Assembly (NCBI RefSeq): GCF_052425735.1
Contig: NC_135770.1
Location: 23,932,001-23,996,000 of the forward strand
Direction: 5' to 3'
DNA length: 64,000 nt
Source: Oculina patagonica
Lineage: Eukaryota
The notes below the pieces were generated by a model. It was not told where the DNA came from. It worked only from the letters and a program-made list of their open reading frames with translations, and did not search any database. Shown here piece by piece: positions 43,788 through 57,800 of this stretch (its first letter is position 1; each line of letters opens with the position of its first letter). The translations under genes and the position numbers were made by a program.

Positions 43788-44175
43788 CCATATTTATTTG
43801 ATTAAGCGCCCAACCTTGAATAAGCTTCCACCCCCCTTACCCCCCACCCCACAAAAAAAACTAAAGTGCACAAGAGGAGTACTGATTATTGACCCCCCCC
43901 CCAATTGACTAAGAACTGTTAAGAAGACTTCCCCCATGACCGGGTTTTCTTAGCATTTTACAGAAACTTGCAATGAACAGTTAAAATTCTGCTTTAGTAC
44001 ACCTCAACGTTGTGTTATTTTTATTGTTTTGTTACAAAAATAAACTTACTATTTGCTGGAAATCGTGAATTTAATAAGTGCCCAGCCTCAAATTAGCGCC
44101 CACCTCGAATAAGCGCCCACTCTCAAGTTCGCAAAATTTAATAAGCACCCAGGGCGCTTAATCAAATAAATACGG
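43788..44175. mobile_element. TA-flanked MITE
   Basis: TIRs CCATATTTATTTGATTAAGCGCC / GGCGCTTAATCAAATAAATACGG, with internal ATAAGCGCC repeats. Confidence 0.7.
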
Positions 44176-45127
44176 TACTTTTTAATATTTTAACTCCAAA
44201 ATTTGCGTAAGAATAACAAAGAATGAGAATGTCAAGAAATTACCGAAAAAAAAATAAAAAATTGGTTCAGAAAAATCTGGAGCTTGATCAATTCGGGTGT
44301 TATAATTTGCATTGTTCGACTGAGGGAAGGGAAAACACTTTTGGTTCGAGTTATCTGGATGTTCCAAAAATCGCGGGTTTGGGAAATAAGAATTCCACTG
44401 TGTATTCAAAGTTTTTTAACTGTCTGATCAGGTGGGTTTTTTTTTTCATCTTCCTGCAGTAGTTGGTTTTTTTAGGAGATGAGGATCCCCTTTCATCATG
44501 AGGCGGTTGGTAGATCTGTACCAAATTCTGTTGCACTCGAACGACCAATCAATAGAACCGCATGGGACTGGGAACTTGTTAGGTACAGGAGTTAATGTTT
44601 CGCGGACAGAGATCAAGCTGTGAAAAACGATGCAAAATACTAGAAAGGACTGATACAAAGTATGACAAATTATGTATTTGACGAGTTCCATTTAATTCAG
44701 TGGACAGACATGTTATTTTCTTTTGCAATTTTCTTTTACAATGGGCCTGTGGTCCATCTGTTTAAACAATAACAAGAAAGCATTGGACCTTGCATGAAAA
44801 CTTGTAAAAAGAATTGTATCATGTATCCGATGTCAGGCTACAAGATAACGCAACTTTTTGTTGAACAAACATTCTTGAAACACAGAAGTTGTCAGTTACT
44901 TTCAATCAGTAACAATAATGTTTGGAAATGTCATCACATTGCCTCTGCATGCCCTGCATGCTGTTTATTTTTGTAGTTGCTGTTTTTTTTTTTTTTTTGC
45001 CGCTTTGCTGTTGAGCTGGGGAGGTGCAGGTTAACAAGCAGCAAAACTTCAGCAAGCTTAACATGAACCAGCCACCTGAACAGCTCTGCCATTGCATTCC
45101 TTAATTCTGCATGTACCAACTGAGCTA

Positions 45128-45549
45128 CAGTAAAAACCCGCATTTAAGAACCATTTTTAAGCACACTTTTTATAAGACCCATTTTAGGCTAAAATTCTAA
45201 AACAGGTTCTTATTTTCAAAAAAGAAAAAATAATCTTCTCAAAAAATAGAATTAAAAAATTTTCTCAAAAATATATACAGTCTGTACACATTATAGTTAC
45301 AGCATAGTTACATAAAACTAGTCCTCCTTGAAAAAAGAAGCTTGTGTCGAAGCCTCCAAGAATACTGTTATTGTACATTAAAGACCAGATCATTTAAAAA
45401 TTCTACTTTATTTCTTGTACAAAAGTTAAGAACCTATTAATTAAGAACCTAGTTAGCCTAATTGTACACTAAATACCATTTATACCCGACTAAGAACCTG
45501 TTTAGGCTAACTTGAAAAAACCTAGGTTCTTATACGCGGGTTTTTACTG
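45128..45549. mobile_element. TA-flanked MITE ~85 bp downstream of the CINP stop
   Basis: TIRs CAGTAAAAACCCGCATTTAAGAACC / GGTTCTTATACGCGGGTTTTTACTG, TA flanks, and internal TAAGAACC repeats. Confidence 0.75.
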
Positions 45550-45632
45550 TACTGTATCAGTGGACAGATCGTGCAAGATATTAATACCGGTAACTAGTTG
45601 TTTAATGCAAATCCCATTGCATGACTGTCATG

Positions 45633-48035
45633 TCATCTCAACTCAGTTTCAATCAACATGCTTTCTAAAAGAATGTCATTTTCACTGTCCAAGAGTGGCT
45701 CATGTAGCCACAGTGACAAATACACCATAAGTTCATCTCTGTTTCTACAGTGAGCAAATTCCATTACTAGCTTCTCCTTTAAAGAAAGTTCTTTGGAAAA
45801 TGAATCTAAAAGTCTCTGTGATACATCACCTGGAATGCAAAAAAATAAATTTATTATTATATAGTTATATTTAATAATTACCATAAAATTCTGGGCTTAT
45901 ACAACTTCGTAAGGGGTTTGGGTGGGCTTATAAACAAAGGGGCTTAGATCCAGGGGGCTTGTAAATGGAATTAAAAAAGTTTCAAAATGAGCCATGGTAG
46001 TGTCGATCAAAATATGTTTTTAAGTTAAAAAGTCATAATAAAGCAACATTTAGTTCTGTTCAGTACTGTTATCTAGAGGAGGGCTTATATCCCAGGAAGC
46101 TTATAGTTTTCTGGATATATGTTGTTGAAGACACACAACCCTATTACTTACATGTATGTAAAAAGCTTTGGAAGAATTCAAACTTTACAGTGTAATATGT
46201 GACAGGGAAGAGCAAAACGACTTGTACTTTATTCAAGTTCTTCTTATAAATGAAGTAAACATCAAGAAGAACAAGGACAACAGTCCCAGTCAGCACTTGA
46301 ACTTTTTTTTTATCCAGAAGATTTCCAACATGCCAAGGCCACCACACCCCCTTTAGTTTGCAAAAGCAGAATATAAACAATATTTCACTTGTAACTTTAA
46401 GGTGAAAAAAATATTAACTTACAGAATTGCTCAATAGTCCAGGTATTGAAGATTTGATTGCCTGAACTGTCCTCACTGTTCTTTTGAAGAGCCTGTAGGT
46501 TTCTTATGGCATGAAAATTCTGTACTAGAGCTTCCATTTTTGTGTGCAAATCGGCCTAAAAAGAACAGTTTTTAGACAAGAACATAATAAGTCCCAGGCT
46601 AATATAATCATATCATACAAGATGGCAGACAGATTACAGCCAAAAATTTCGAAAGTAGTTAGTGACGAGTAGTTACCAGGCCAGAAGTCTCTCTAAGTCA
46701 CATCTGCCGTCGGCTTTTGAGTTCAGTGTGCTGTCGGGGTTTCAACTGTGGTCTTGATTTTCTTGACGAACTCAGTACGTCATATTGGCACATGAAGTAC
46801 AGAAATTATGACGTATTCGGTACATCATAGTGGCAGTGATGGTGTTACCGGTAATTATCAGAAGGAATTTGGATAATATGCAAAAAATTTACAGTTTATA
46901 TAATATTTTGAAGAAAAGTTGTCTGAAAAAGGTATAACCACAACAAAACTAGCCATACACAACACAAAACAAGCGCGGGCTGGGATGTTTTCTTTTCCAG
47001 GGGGAGGCTTATTTTCAAGACGACTTATTTAAGGGGGGTGGTTATCGGAAATTTTGCTGGTTGCCTGGGTTCCCGGGCCTGGGTTGTCATGCAGCACATC
47101 TCTCAGAAGGGAGAGCCATTACGTGCTGACCTAACTAAAGTGAAGACTTATATAGGTTCTATAGCTGAACAAAAAATGCTAATGAAATAATTTATTAAAA
47201 CAAGCTTTTAATTATAGCCTTAAAACTACTGAAAATGACTGTTCATACCAAAGAACCATAAATTCTTGAAAGTTCCTGAGAAGCCTTCATAGTTTCCTCT
47301 TGCAGTTTAAAGGCCGAGTCTTGGTCGCTTGAAAGAGCAACAGTAGTGGTTTCCTCATCTGTGTGGTATCTATTATTTTACCAAAATTATGAAATTATGC
47401 ACCTATCAATGGTTTGCCCCAGGATGGGAGAGGGGGGCAACCCACGGGAAATTGACATCATGAAGCTCTCCCAGGGTGGGGATTTTGACATCTAAAATGG
47501 TCTGCTGGGTTAGAAATTTAAGAGGAGATATGTGAAATTTGACATTCACTAGGTGCCCAGGGGTCGGGAATTCTACTCTGGCTTCCAAAAATTTTCAAAT
47601 TCCCCTGGGGTTGCCCCCCCCCCCCCCATCCTGGGGCAAACCATTGATAGGTGCATTAGAGGCGACTAAACTGTAAACTAAATTGAAACGCGCATTGCAA
47701 CTTGTAAACTCTGAACAAATATGGATAAACATATGGTATGAATGTATTAAAAACAACATGCTTAATAACTGAAAACAAAATACTGTTACCTACTCTTTTT
47801 GAAGCTGTAAATTAACCAATTTGTTAGCCACAGATGTTCCCAGTTCGTTCAGTTTCGACCATTTATGTACGTGTTCGTGCCAATTTGCACAGCAATCTCT
47901 TAGCCTTTTAGCAACATCTGACAAATTTCTGCTGGGAGACGACTTCGGAGAGGTTGACTGCGAAATTCTTTCCTTTTTAGACGGCGTTTTTGGAGTTTTT
48001 GGCGATTTTAACTTTTTTGGCGATGGGGTCGCCAT
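45633..48035 (-). CDS. CINP: CDK2-interacting protein, 4 exons: 48035-47794, 47369-47249, 46555-46423, 45829-45633
   Basis: RLRDCCANWHEHVHKWSKLNELG, IFNTWTIEQF and FSKELSLKEKLV..LMVYLSLWLHEP..LLESMLIETE resemble CINP. Exon phases are consistent. Confidence 0.85.
47398..47655. mobile_element. PIF/Harbinger-type MITE in CINP intron 1
   Basis: Perfect TIRs TGCACCTATCAATGGTTTGCCCCAGGATGGG / CCCATCCTGGGGCAAACCATTGATAGGTGCA, TSD TTA. Confidence 0.85.
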
Positions 48036-49698
48036 ATTGGATGAGCTGCGCGGAAGAAGACTGGGTTTGAAACTAACACGTTGCTAAGAAACGGAAGACA
48101 CCAAAAAATGATTATTAGCAACGAATATTTATTTACATAGCAACGCCAATCGCGTGTAAAAATAATTCACTAAAGATGTAAGAATATAAATGTACTTACT
48201 ATCAAATCGTTGTAGAGATTCGTTTAAAAATGCTTTGAAACTATCGAAAGAGAACACAATTTATGCTTGGAGGTAAGTCTGTTTTTACGTTTTTGCGCGC
48301 TTTTTGGAAAAGGACAGGGAAAATTTTTTTAGTTCGTGATTTCAATTTCGCCGTGGCCCTCTCTGGTCGATAGTGATCGACAATTCAATACAGCTTTACT
48401 CCCGTAAGATCGTAGCGATCGTTGGTTTGTCTTCACATTACTGGCTTTCTAAACACTTTTAACCTTGTAATATCTTGAAAAAAAGCTTAAATATACGATT
48501 CGGAAGAAGAGATCGCTTGAAAAATCACGAATTATAAAAGATTTCGCAGACGATGTTACACACGTGTCAGAACACGTAAACATAAACTTTGATTTTATTT
48601 AAGTTTCGAAACATCCTTGAACATTTTCTAGATTCAGTGAATTCACGTTGTATTCACAGTGATTTGGCATTTCAGTATAAAAATCTGGTGATTTCATTCA
48701 CGGATCCCAATGAATTTAGTGCCATTTTGAAGTAAAGAGGCTCAATTCACTGATCCGTAACAGAGCCCTATTTTAAACAAATAGTTTGAAGCACGTACAC
48801 AGTCTCGCCCACAAAGTAATTTCGAAGTTTATAATATACAGGCAAAAAATGAAATCATCCCTGATAAAATTATTTGTCAATTACACTTTTCTGTATCAAA
48901 GTACAATCTCCGTGTTTATTCTGTTAAGATTGTTTGAGCCTCTAGAAGCTGGAGTGTATTTTTGAAAATAATCGCTGCAGGGACACTTCACAATGTCCTT
49001 CATTTCATTTGGTGCGGTGCAATTGGTTCCTTGGTGTAATTGATTCTGGTTGAGTGATGTGGGTGTTAGCACCCACTGTGTTTACCTGACAACAACAAAT
49101 TAAAGAATTATACAACAGAGTTTCAAATTGTCAGGTAAAATTGATATCCATTCATGAAGACTTCGTCAAAGCACAAAGCAGTTCTTTGGTTTTACATCGT
49201 TAGGTAATATTCATTCGACAAATCTAAACTTAGTAAATATGGAAAAAGGACACTTTAAACTCCAAGTGTAGCTTTCCGTGATAAGACTTGTGCCTCTCTG
49301 CAGGAACACGACTTACGCTAGTTAACAAAACAGTATGATTCAATGCCTGAACTGAATTCATAAGACCTCGTCAGAGCTCAGATAACTATGCCGCAATAGC
49401 CTGGAGAGCTTGCTCACAGGCTAACTAAACAGATTATTTCAAACTTAGTTTGTAACACCTCACTTCTGATAAGGATTGCAATCATTTTATGACGGTCATC
49501 TAAATCACCAGCGGGATGTTCACAAAATTCACTTTCTCCAAAACCTCAGCACTTAGTGCCTCTTGTGCTCAGTAATACTGCCAGTACTTTTTAAAGTTTA
49601 CAAAGATCTTGGGCAGTTTTTGGTAAGGCTCTAAATTAATTGTGATCTTAATTTTATTTATTACCCATTTATCTATCATAGATTAAGTGAGGAACTTC

Positions 49699-52121
49699 AT
49701 GGCGCAGATCCTTTATGACAGTTCACGGACACGTTCACTGCGTCAGTACAACAGCAATGTAGAGCCTTCATCTCACATTCCCGATACTATGTCAGTTTCA
49801 ACTAATCTTTCTCAAGTTAACAACATGAGCCAAAATAGAAATTCCCCTAAAAAGAGGTTATCACGCCTGGAATTACTCAGAAGTGATTTTAGCAAGAAAC
49901 TTCAGCTTGAAAGAGAGGAGAAGATCAATAAGTTACGAGTTATTCAACAGGAAAATAGTCTTAAACAAGGCAGTAATGGTGGAGGAATGGTACGAGAATT
50001 CTTTGCGGAGAGAAGAGCAATGGAGGCTACAAGAAAAGGACAGAAAAATCCCGAATTGCTACCCCCGATTGAATCACATTTTAAAATGGTCAAGGAGCAA
50101 AAACAGGACACGCTATCACAAGGCATACTTAACAGCGAACAACTTTCAAAAACAAACTTGTCAGCTGGGAAGCGAAAAAGTTTGAAACAGGAACCTCCAT
50201 CATCACAAAAACCATTGCCGTCAAAATACTCAACAAGGAATCCAGCAAGGAACATTGGTGTCAATGTACGGAAAAGGACAAAGGGTATAGATAAACAAGA
50301 CCCACTTCCTCCCGTCAACAAGGGTGGTTCCAATGCAGCAAGAAGAAAGCCACCAACTCCTAATAAAAGATATGAAACTCATTCTTTCTTGGTACAAGAT
50401 GATGGCGAGGGTTTTGAGGCTCCTGGCCCATTCATGCCTGTTCCTCCTATTCAAAGAAAACCAAATGTGAAACAATCAAAGGTTCCGTTACCACCCCCCA
50501 GTCGTGAAGAATCTGCTAGTGATTATGACGATGCACAGAGCACCCTTACAGATTATAGCAGTGTAGCTCCAAATTTAAGCAGACTGAAAGCAAAGGCACT
50601 GAAGCAAAAACAACTTAGCAAGCAAAAATTAATTATCAGTTCTTCAAATCAACCCCTGGATGATGTTGATAATGGCAAATTGACAGACTTTCAAAAATGG
50701 CAGTTGGAACAGGATAAAGAAAGGGCAGAGCGGTTAGAAAAACACAAACAGAAATCTGAGGTGTCTCTTTCTCATAGAGAAAATGAACTTCTTGTTAAGA
50801 TACAGGAAGAGCAAGCAAGACTTGAAAGGTTGAAGAAACAGAGAAAAGAACTAGAAGAACAGGAGAAACGGCAGAAGGAAGAGGATGAAAAATGGATGGC
50901 AGAAAAACGCAATTTAGAAGAACATGCCATCTTGCCTCAGCAACACAAACCTGCTGAAGATTCTAAACAGACCAAGAAAACAATTCCAAAAAAGGTGTCA
51001 AAACCCCACAAACAACCAGTAAAAAAAGAAACTCCCCCTCCCGTACAAGCACCAGAGGATGAACTTGATCAAAGTGAGAATATCCATGACAATGCTTACA
51101 ATAATTTTTACGAGGAAGCAACTAAGGGCATTGGTGAGGTTTCACTTGATGTTGCCCCATGTTCTATCTGTGGACGTAATTTTGCTCCAGACAGGCTAGC
51201 CAAGCATGAAAAAGTGTGCGCAAAAAGTAAAAACTCCAAACGAAAGGTTTTTGATACAAGAAAGCATCGCAATGTTGGCACTGAATTTGAAAAGTATGTG
51301 GAAAGTGGAAAACACCTTGAGGAGCCCAAGAAAAGGGTAAGTATTTCCGTATGTCTTTGGCCTTGAATCTATGCCCTGCTTTACTTCCTGTGAACAAATT
51401 CATACCTTCACAAGCTCCATCTATACATTTAGACGGGAAACACTCAAGGAAAAAAATTCGGCCTACATAATGTATGCTGACCAACCATGACCACATTACG
51501 TGCAATACCCAAAAATCAACACAGGGGTAAACCTCAAAAATCCCTTTTAAGTTAGCTTCTTCAAACCCTGCAAGCCCAAATCAAACATTACAAAGGATGT
51601 TCATACTCAACTTCAATTCCATGTGTGGCTCCCGACAATATTTATACCCAAACACCCCCCCTCCCCCCTTTAGAAATTCCAGTTAGCTTTACACTTTTCT
51701 TAAAATGTTTCCGCCTTTGAGAACCCTTTCCCCATCATAATTTCCAATGGCCCCCAAGCTCTGTTGTGTGGGTTGTATATTATTTTTATGATACCCATGG
51801 CCCAAAATACCCCAAATAATCCTTTACACCTCTGCATCCCGAGTATACCTCTTCTGGAAAAACAGTGCTGATTAGAAACTAAACTTGATGTTATTTTGAT
51901 TTCAGCCAAAGGCAGACTGGAGAGCTCAACATGAAAATTTTATCAAAGCTATCCGTTACGCCAAGGGATTGAGCAATGAGCCTCCACCACCAACTGAAAA
52001 CCCAGACTACGTCCAATGTCCACACTGCGAGAGGAAATTCAATCCTGCTACAGCTGAAAGACACATACCAAAATGCAAAGACATTAAAGCCAAGCCTGCT
52101 CCTTTGAAGAAAAAACGATGA
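49699..52121 (+). CDS. ZC2HC1C: C2HC zinc-finger protein, ZC2HC1C-like; coding exons 49699-51336 and 51906-52121
   Basis: Two C2HC fingers (CSICGRNFAPDRLAKHEKVC; YVQCPHCERKFNPATAERHIPKC), RKVFD and WRAQHENFIKAIR motifs, and a long coiled-coil/low-complexity N-terminus. Confidence 0.8.
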
Positions 52122-54837
52122 AATTTATTTTTATTCTCGAAAACAGATAATATTATAGAATTTAGAATTGGATCAAATACAGTGTGAAGAACTTTTTATA
52201 TTTTAATTTACAGACTATTATTCTTTTAGTTCTGCCAAATATTGCCACGTGCACATCTGGGCTGGAACATTTATTAAAAAAGAATCCAGTATTTTGCTGA
52301 GGCATTTGACTGTAATATTATAGTGTTGGCGTTTTTCTGTTAAACAACACAAAAATTGTAATGAATTTTAATTATTATTTTAATGAGTGAGAGTGGAAGA
52401 GAATAGAAATAAAATTATTTAATGCTAGTCCTCTGGTTTAGAAGACATACAGAAAATGACAAAAAAATAACAAAGGCATTATAAAACCCCAAGACATCCA
52501 TGTTAATTTACTGAGAACACACCAAAGAATAACACAACACAGATATTGTAAAACACATTTAATGTTCGAGAGGCAAACAACACACACTCTTGCCTAACTC
52601 TCATGTTATGTCATGACCAACAACATACGTCTCAGTCGGAATAAATACTCTTCTAAGTTTCAAACTCGCAGATAATCTCTGACTTACTCTTTCGTAGTTA
52701 TAAAATACATATGTACAAAATATCTGTATAAATATTAGATAAATATTAAGTCTTCAGGCCAACAAACTACCAGAAAAAAGGGCAATAACCATCATATTTG
52801 CAATGGCTGTTTCACTGTTTCAATCTCAAGTGTTCAAAAAGAAACAATGGTTATTGTGGTTGAAATACTTCCAGGCAAACAATATACAATGCACTTGACT
52901 TACTCTGATCAATGAAAACGGCAAAATAGAAAGAAGGTTTGAAATGCCTTTATAGCGAAGGTAATCAGTTAATGAAGAATAGAAAGTGAAAAAGCCAAAA
53001 CAATTTTGAACCTACGGCGGTAAGAAAGAAATTTGAAGACTTAAAACACTCTCAATGGTTCACATCCCAGACCTCCATATCTATGTGTATGTATAAACAA
53101 AACTAACTTCAGATTGTTTAGTATATACTTACATTGTATACATGTCCCAAAACAACAATAATTACAGGAAATATAATGCTGAACTTTGAAAGGTATTAAG
53201 AGAATATGCAATCAGATTTTGTTAGTGTGGTTTTGGTTTTCAGGATTTTATGGTGTTTGAGCTGCAAATAAACAGTTTAAACCTGCAGTTGAATGTCGGA
53301 AAAGACATGAATGAGTGTTAATTTATGAAACAGGGTTGCATTTAAGTAAAAAAAAAAAAAAAAAAGAAATCACAATGGAACCTTAAAATCCTGAATTACC
53401 AAACACTTACATAACGAAGTGACCTTTCTAGGAAGAGTATTTCAAATGTACAGTACAAAACAAAAAAGTACAAGATTTTGCAGTTCGGATAAAAACAGAT
53501 TACAAACCAGGTTCAAAATCACATAACCATTGTAACAATATCACCACAAGTCCTAAATAAGTTTCCCAAGATCAAAATGACAGTCTAAGGGCATAAAACC
53601 TGCAGAATGTTAAAATCAATTCTTTTTCTTTTTTTTATTCCTCTCCATTTTTTTCCCCTTATTTTTTATTTTTTTTTAATTTTTACCCAAAAAACCTTTG
53701 AGGTTTCTATTGAGGGTAGTACCATACAACCTAAAAGTTTGTATTTCTTAACAGTTGCCAGCCATCAAAAAGACTTCTCTTGCAAGTATACTTAGTTGGG
53801 TTACTCAGAATTTTCCTAAAACCATTTCAACACTATGAAACAAAGCTAGTTTAGGTAGCTTGACATTGTTATCAACAATCCCACACAGAGGGTGATGGAA
53901 GCCAGCTTCCATCATATGAGATAACAAAACAACTACCATAAACCAGCTGTGTTCACAGCACACCAACCTTTTGAGCCTTGACAACACAAATACAATCCCC
54001 CTGGTATTTTCAAGACATTAAAATTACATAGTTAGGGCAAATGTATCAAGATGATATTTCTCTTTGTTGATCAGCTGCTGAATTCAAATGCTTATGACTA
54101 GTACTGTCAAGGCTCAAAGGGTTATACAATGCCTTAAAAACATTTTCAACAGAGATCAACTTGTCAAAGTTTTTCTGTCTTCCTTTTTCTCAACGAATAA
54201 TCATACACTATTTAGCTGTAATGTGGAACAGAACCACGCAGTTGAGCTGCTATTTTGCTTTCTTTTTGATGACTGCCTGCTTCTCGTGTTTATTGAAGGG
54301 TGAACAATAAACAGAATGAAAAAAATTCCCAAAACAGATGCCCAAATCTTAAAAATGTGACATCACAGAATGGTTAATTTTTTGTCACTGTTCACCTCTA
54401 CATGCAAGACATTTTAACTGATGTCACGTAGTCATCTAATGGGTTACTTACTTTGGTTACAAGATGAAATATTGCAATCACCACATGACAAATTGCATGA
54501 AAACAAGAATTTGTACATATATATTTAACTGCTCCAAAAATTGAGCAACCTTATATAATAAACCAAGAATATAAATGGTGTCTAACTTTCCTCTCAGTCT
54601 AAAGATGCAAAAACACAAAGCTCAATAAACCGATGTCAACTTGACATAACTTCACAGCTCTTTTACCACTGTACTTGTAAACAGTGTCAGACTACGAGAG
54701 AGGTGGAAGCCCATAAGATACCTTGCTTTTTTCTACCCTGCCGCGTGCAATGCACATCTCTTGTACAAGTGTCCAGAGTTAGGTAAAAATATTCTGTACT
54801 TGCCAACAACAGCTTGGAAACCATCAGCCTTAACAAG

Positions 54838-57800
54838 TCAATAAGCGAAGCCCGGTTCTTCCACTGGCGCAAGACTGAATGACGTGTTCATCTGGATTGG
54901 CTTGAATGACAATACTGCTGGATCACAGCTACGACTATGCCTAGCATTGGAGATACTCTGAAATTTTAAACCAAAACAAAAGTTATTTTAATTAGCTGAA
55001 ACCATTTTACATGACTGTGAATTTCTAATTGTCAATATTTACAGGTGTGGCATCACTAAATATAACAGCTAATAACCTACACAAACAGCCTTTATAGCAA
55101 CAGTGTACAAAATTTGTTGTCGGTGAGGGCTTTTCCATGGCATAATAATAATAATAATAACCATAATCAACTTTATTTATAGAGGGGAACACATAACAGT
55201 AAAAAAGAAAAACCANNNNNNNNNNNNNNNNNNNNNNNNNNNNNNNNNNNNNNNNNNNNNNNNNNNNNNNNNNNNNNNNNNNNNNNNNNNNNNNNNNNNN
55301 NNNNNNNNNNNNNNNNNNNNNNNNNNNNNNNNNNNNNNNNNNNNNNNNNNNNNNNNNNNNNNNNNNNNNNNNNNNNNNAAGTTGCTAAAGATTCATCCCT
55401 AAGCACATTGACGTGAAATTCTTTTCAAACCTCTGGCACCTTCATAATATTGTCATTGGGAATTCTTTCCAACTTTGCTGCTTCGGGAATTCATTCAGGA
55501 TAAAATTTACAGATTTGCACTTTGAAAGCAAGGTTTTGAGGTGAAATAAGCTTGTCTGTAATAAACATACATAAGGGCTATTTTAAAAGATGTCAATTAC
55601 AGAATAAAAATAGTGAGCATACTTACAACAGCCTGCCTCAAACACCTGAGCGAACCTCAACTTCTCGCAAACTAACTCAAGTATTTGTGTCACATAATGT
55701 AAACACAACTGTGGTGTTTACACGAACACAAAGTTAGACAGAATAATGGGTATGCTACTTACTCTTATTCTAATTGGTCTTGGTCTTGACAGGCCATGGG
55801 TATGCTTCTTTATTAGAACAGATTTCTAAAAAAAGGAAAGTCCAGTCAATGAAACGGAAACTTGTATATCTGATTAGAACCTGAATGTGCAGTCCAGTTA
55901 AAAGCCCTTTATTTTCCTTCCCTGTTGTATAGCTGAAATTATTCTTCAAGGACAGTTACTAATTTTGAACTCCCCTCATCAGCAAGGTGGTGCAATTGTG
56001 GTCTATTTAAGTTAAAACTATGAACTTGAGTTTCTATGAGCAAATTAAAAGTCAACAAGGTGCAGTCAAGCTCACTACTTCGCTCACAAAAAAACAAGGA
56101 CAAGGAGTGTAATAATTTGTCAAAACCACAAATTTTAAGGTATTTTTAAGCCAAAAATAAAGAATATTTTCCTTTTTCAGGCAGCATGTACACAAAAAAT
56201 TGTGTTCTATCAGTGAGTAGCATAACCCAGCAACCGACTATTGGGTAATTTCCCAATCTGATTGGCTATGCTAAAGGGCAGTCTAATTTTCGATAGACTG
56301 TCCTAAGGGTGCACGCAAGTAAAAATGCCAAAATCACAAACCAACACTATAAATAAACCACTTTCACTGAACATTTCGTTGAATAGATCAGTCTTTTGGT
56401 TATGCCAAAACAATAGCGAAGCCCACAAGGTTTAAAAATAGATTGCAAATGAAAATAACCTCCACAAGGCTAAGAAAACATCAGCATGTTCCAGTGCTCG
56501 AAATTAACTTTTAGGTCTGGTGTTCCACAGGACGAGTAGGCTTAGAATTTACTCGTCCCAGGAGCAAAGCTACTGGTCACTCTTTACATTTTTTCCCACG
56601 TGTAATGGCAAATGCAATAAGTAATTTGCGCCTGCAGGTAAATACACACCAAATTATGATCAAATAATTTAACACAACCATATAATATGCATTTTTTTTA
56701 GTAAGTATTACTATTACTTTGTTACACGTAAGAGCTGCAACGTACATATATGCATCACTGATTTGGCCTCGTGTGCCTTTAAGCAGTTTGAAAGTTATTT
56801 GTTCCGATCGTCAGGGAATATTGCGTGTTTGTTCCATTTGGAAATTCCCTGCAAAACTTGCAAAAAGTTTTGTTTTCTTTTTCATCAAACTGGACTGTGG
56901 AGCCATTTGTACCTTTCTTTCCACGATTCCCAAAACTTCCGTGTCCTTTTGGTCGGAGCTGCAAAAGGCATTAAAGTTGTTGCTTTCCTCCAAAGAAAGA
57001 ACTCAGTGAACTTTAAACTGATTTTCGTTTGGACATTTCGACAAAACAAGTTGTATTTTGGAAGAAAATATATCAAGTTGAGCAGACACGAAAAGCCGCC
57101 ATATTGCATCCCACGATACATTTCATTTCGAATAGAACCCAGACTTTTACCTGCCAAGAGAACGCCTGGCATTTTTTCTCGTTGTTTCGAAACATTCGTT
57201 TTCGGAAATTCTTCGTTTGCTTCGACACATTTAGTCCTTTTGGTACACTACAAAGGCAATTCTTTATCGGAGAGCTGTAACTTTACTCGTCCAGAGGACT
57301 AGTGGCAAAAAAATCTACTCGTTTTGGGCAGTTTTCACTCGTTTTGGACGAGTGGACGACCGTTAAGTTCGAGCACTGTGTTGTGAGAGAAATAGAAGGA
57401 ATTTAAGCGAAGTTTTCGTTTTATGAGAGTGTTTTAGGAACACCAGCTCTGTATCGCATCAATCGTTTGCAACTTCTGAGACAATCGTAAGCGATGGAAG
57501 CGATCAGGGGGTTCTCATATGATCATCCCAATCGCCTGGTATGAGCGAAGACCATACGAAAAACAATCATTTTAGTCCTAACTCCAACAAAATTGCAGCC
57601 TTCAATGGAAGAGCAAAACTTGTGGCCTCCTATCTTCTCAGTTATTGTAATTTTACGGCAAAGAAGTGAAAGAGAGCTAGAAAGATAGAACACAGATGAC
57701 CCAAGCAATCGTGATCGCCCCAATCGCCGCCGACGTTAGCGATCGTCTGTAATGTTCTCATATAATCGCCCCGATCGCATGAAAACGTTTTGAAGTGACA

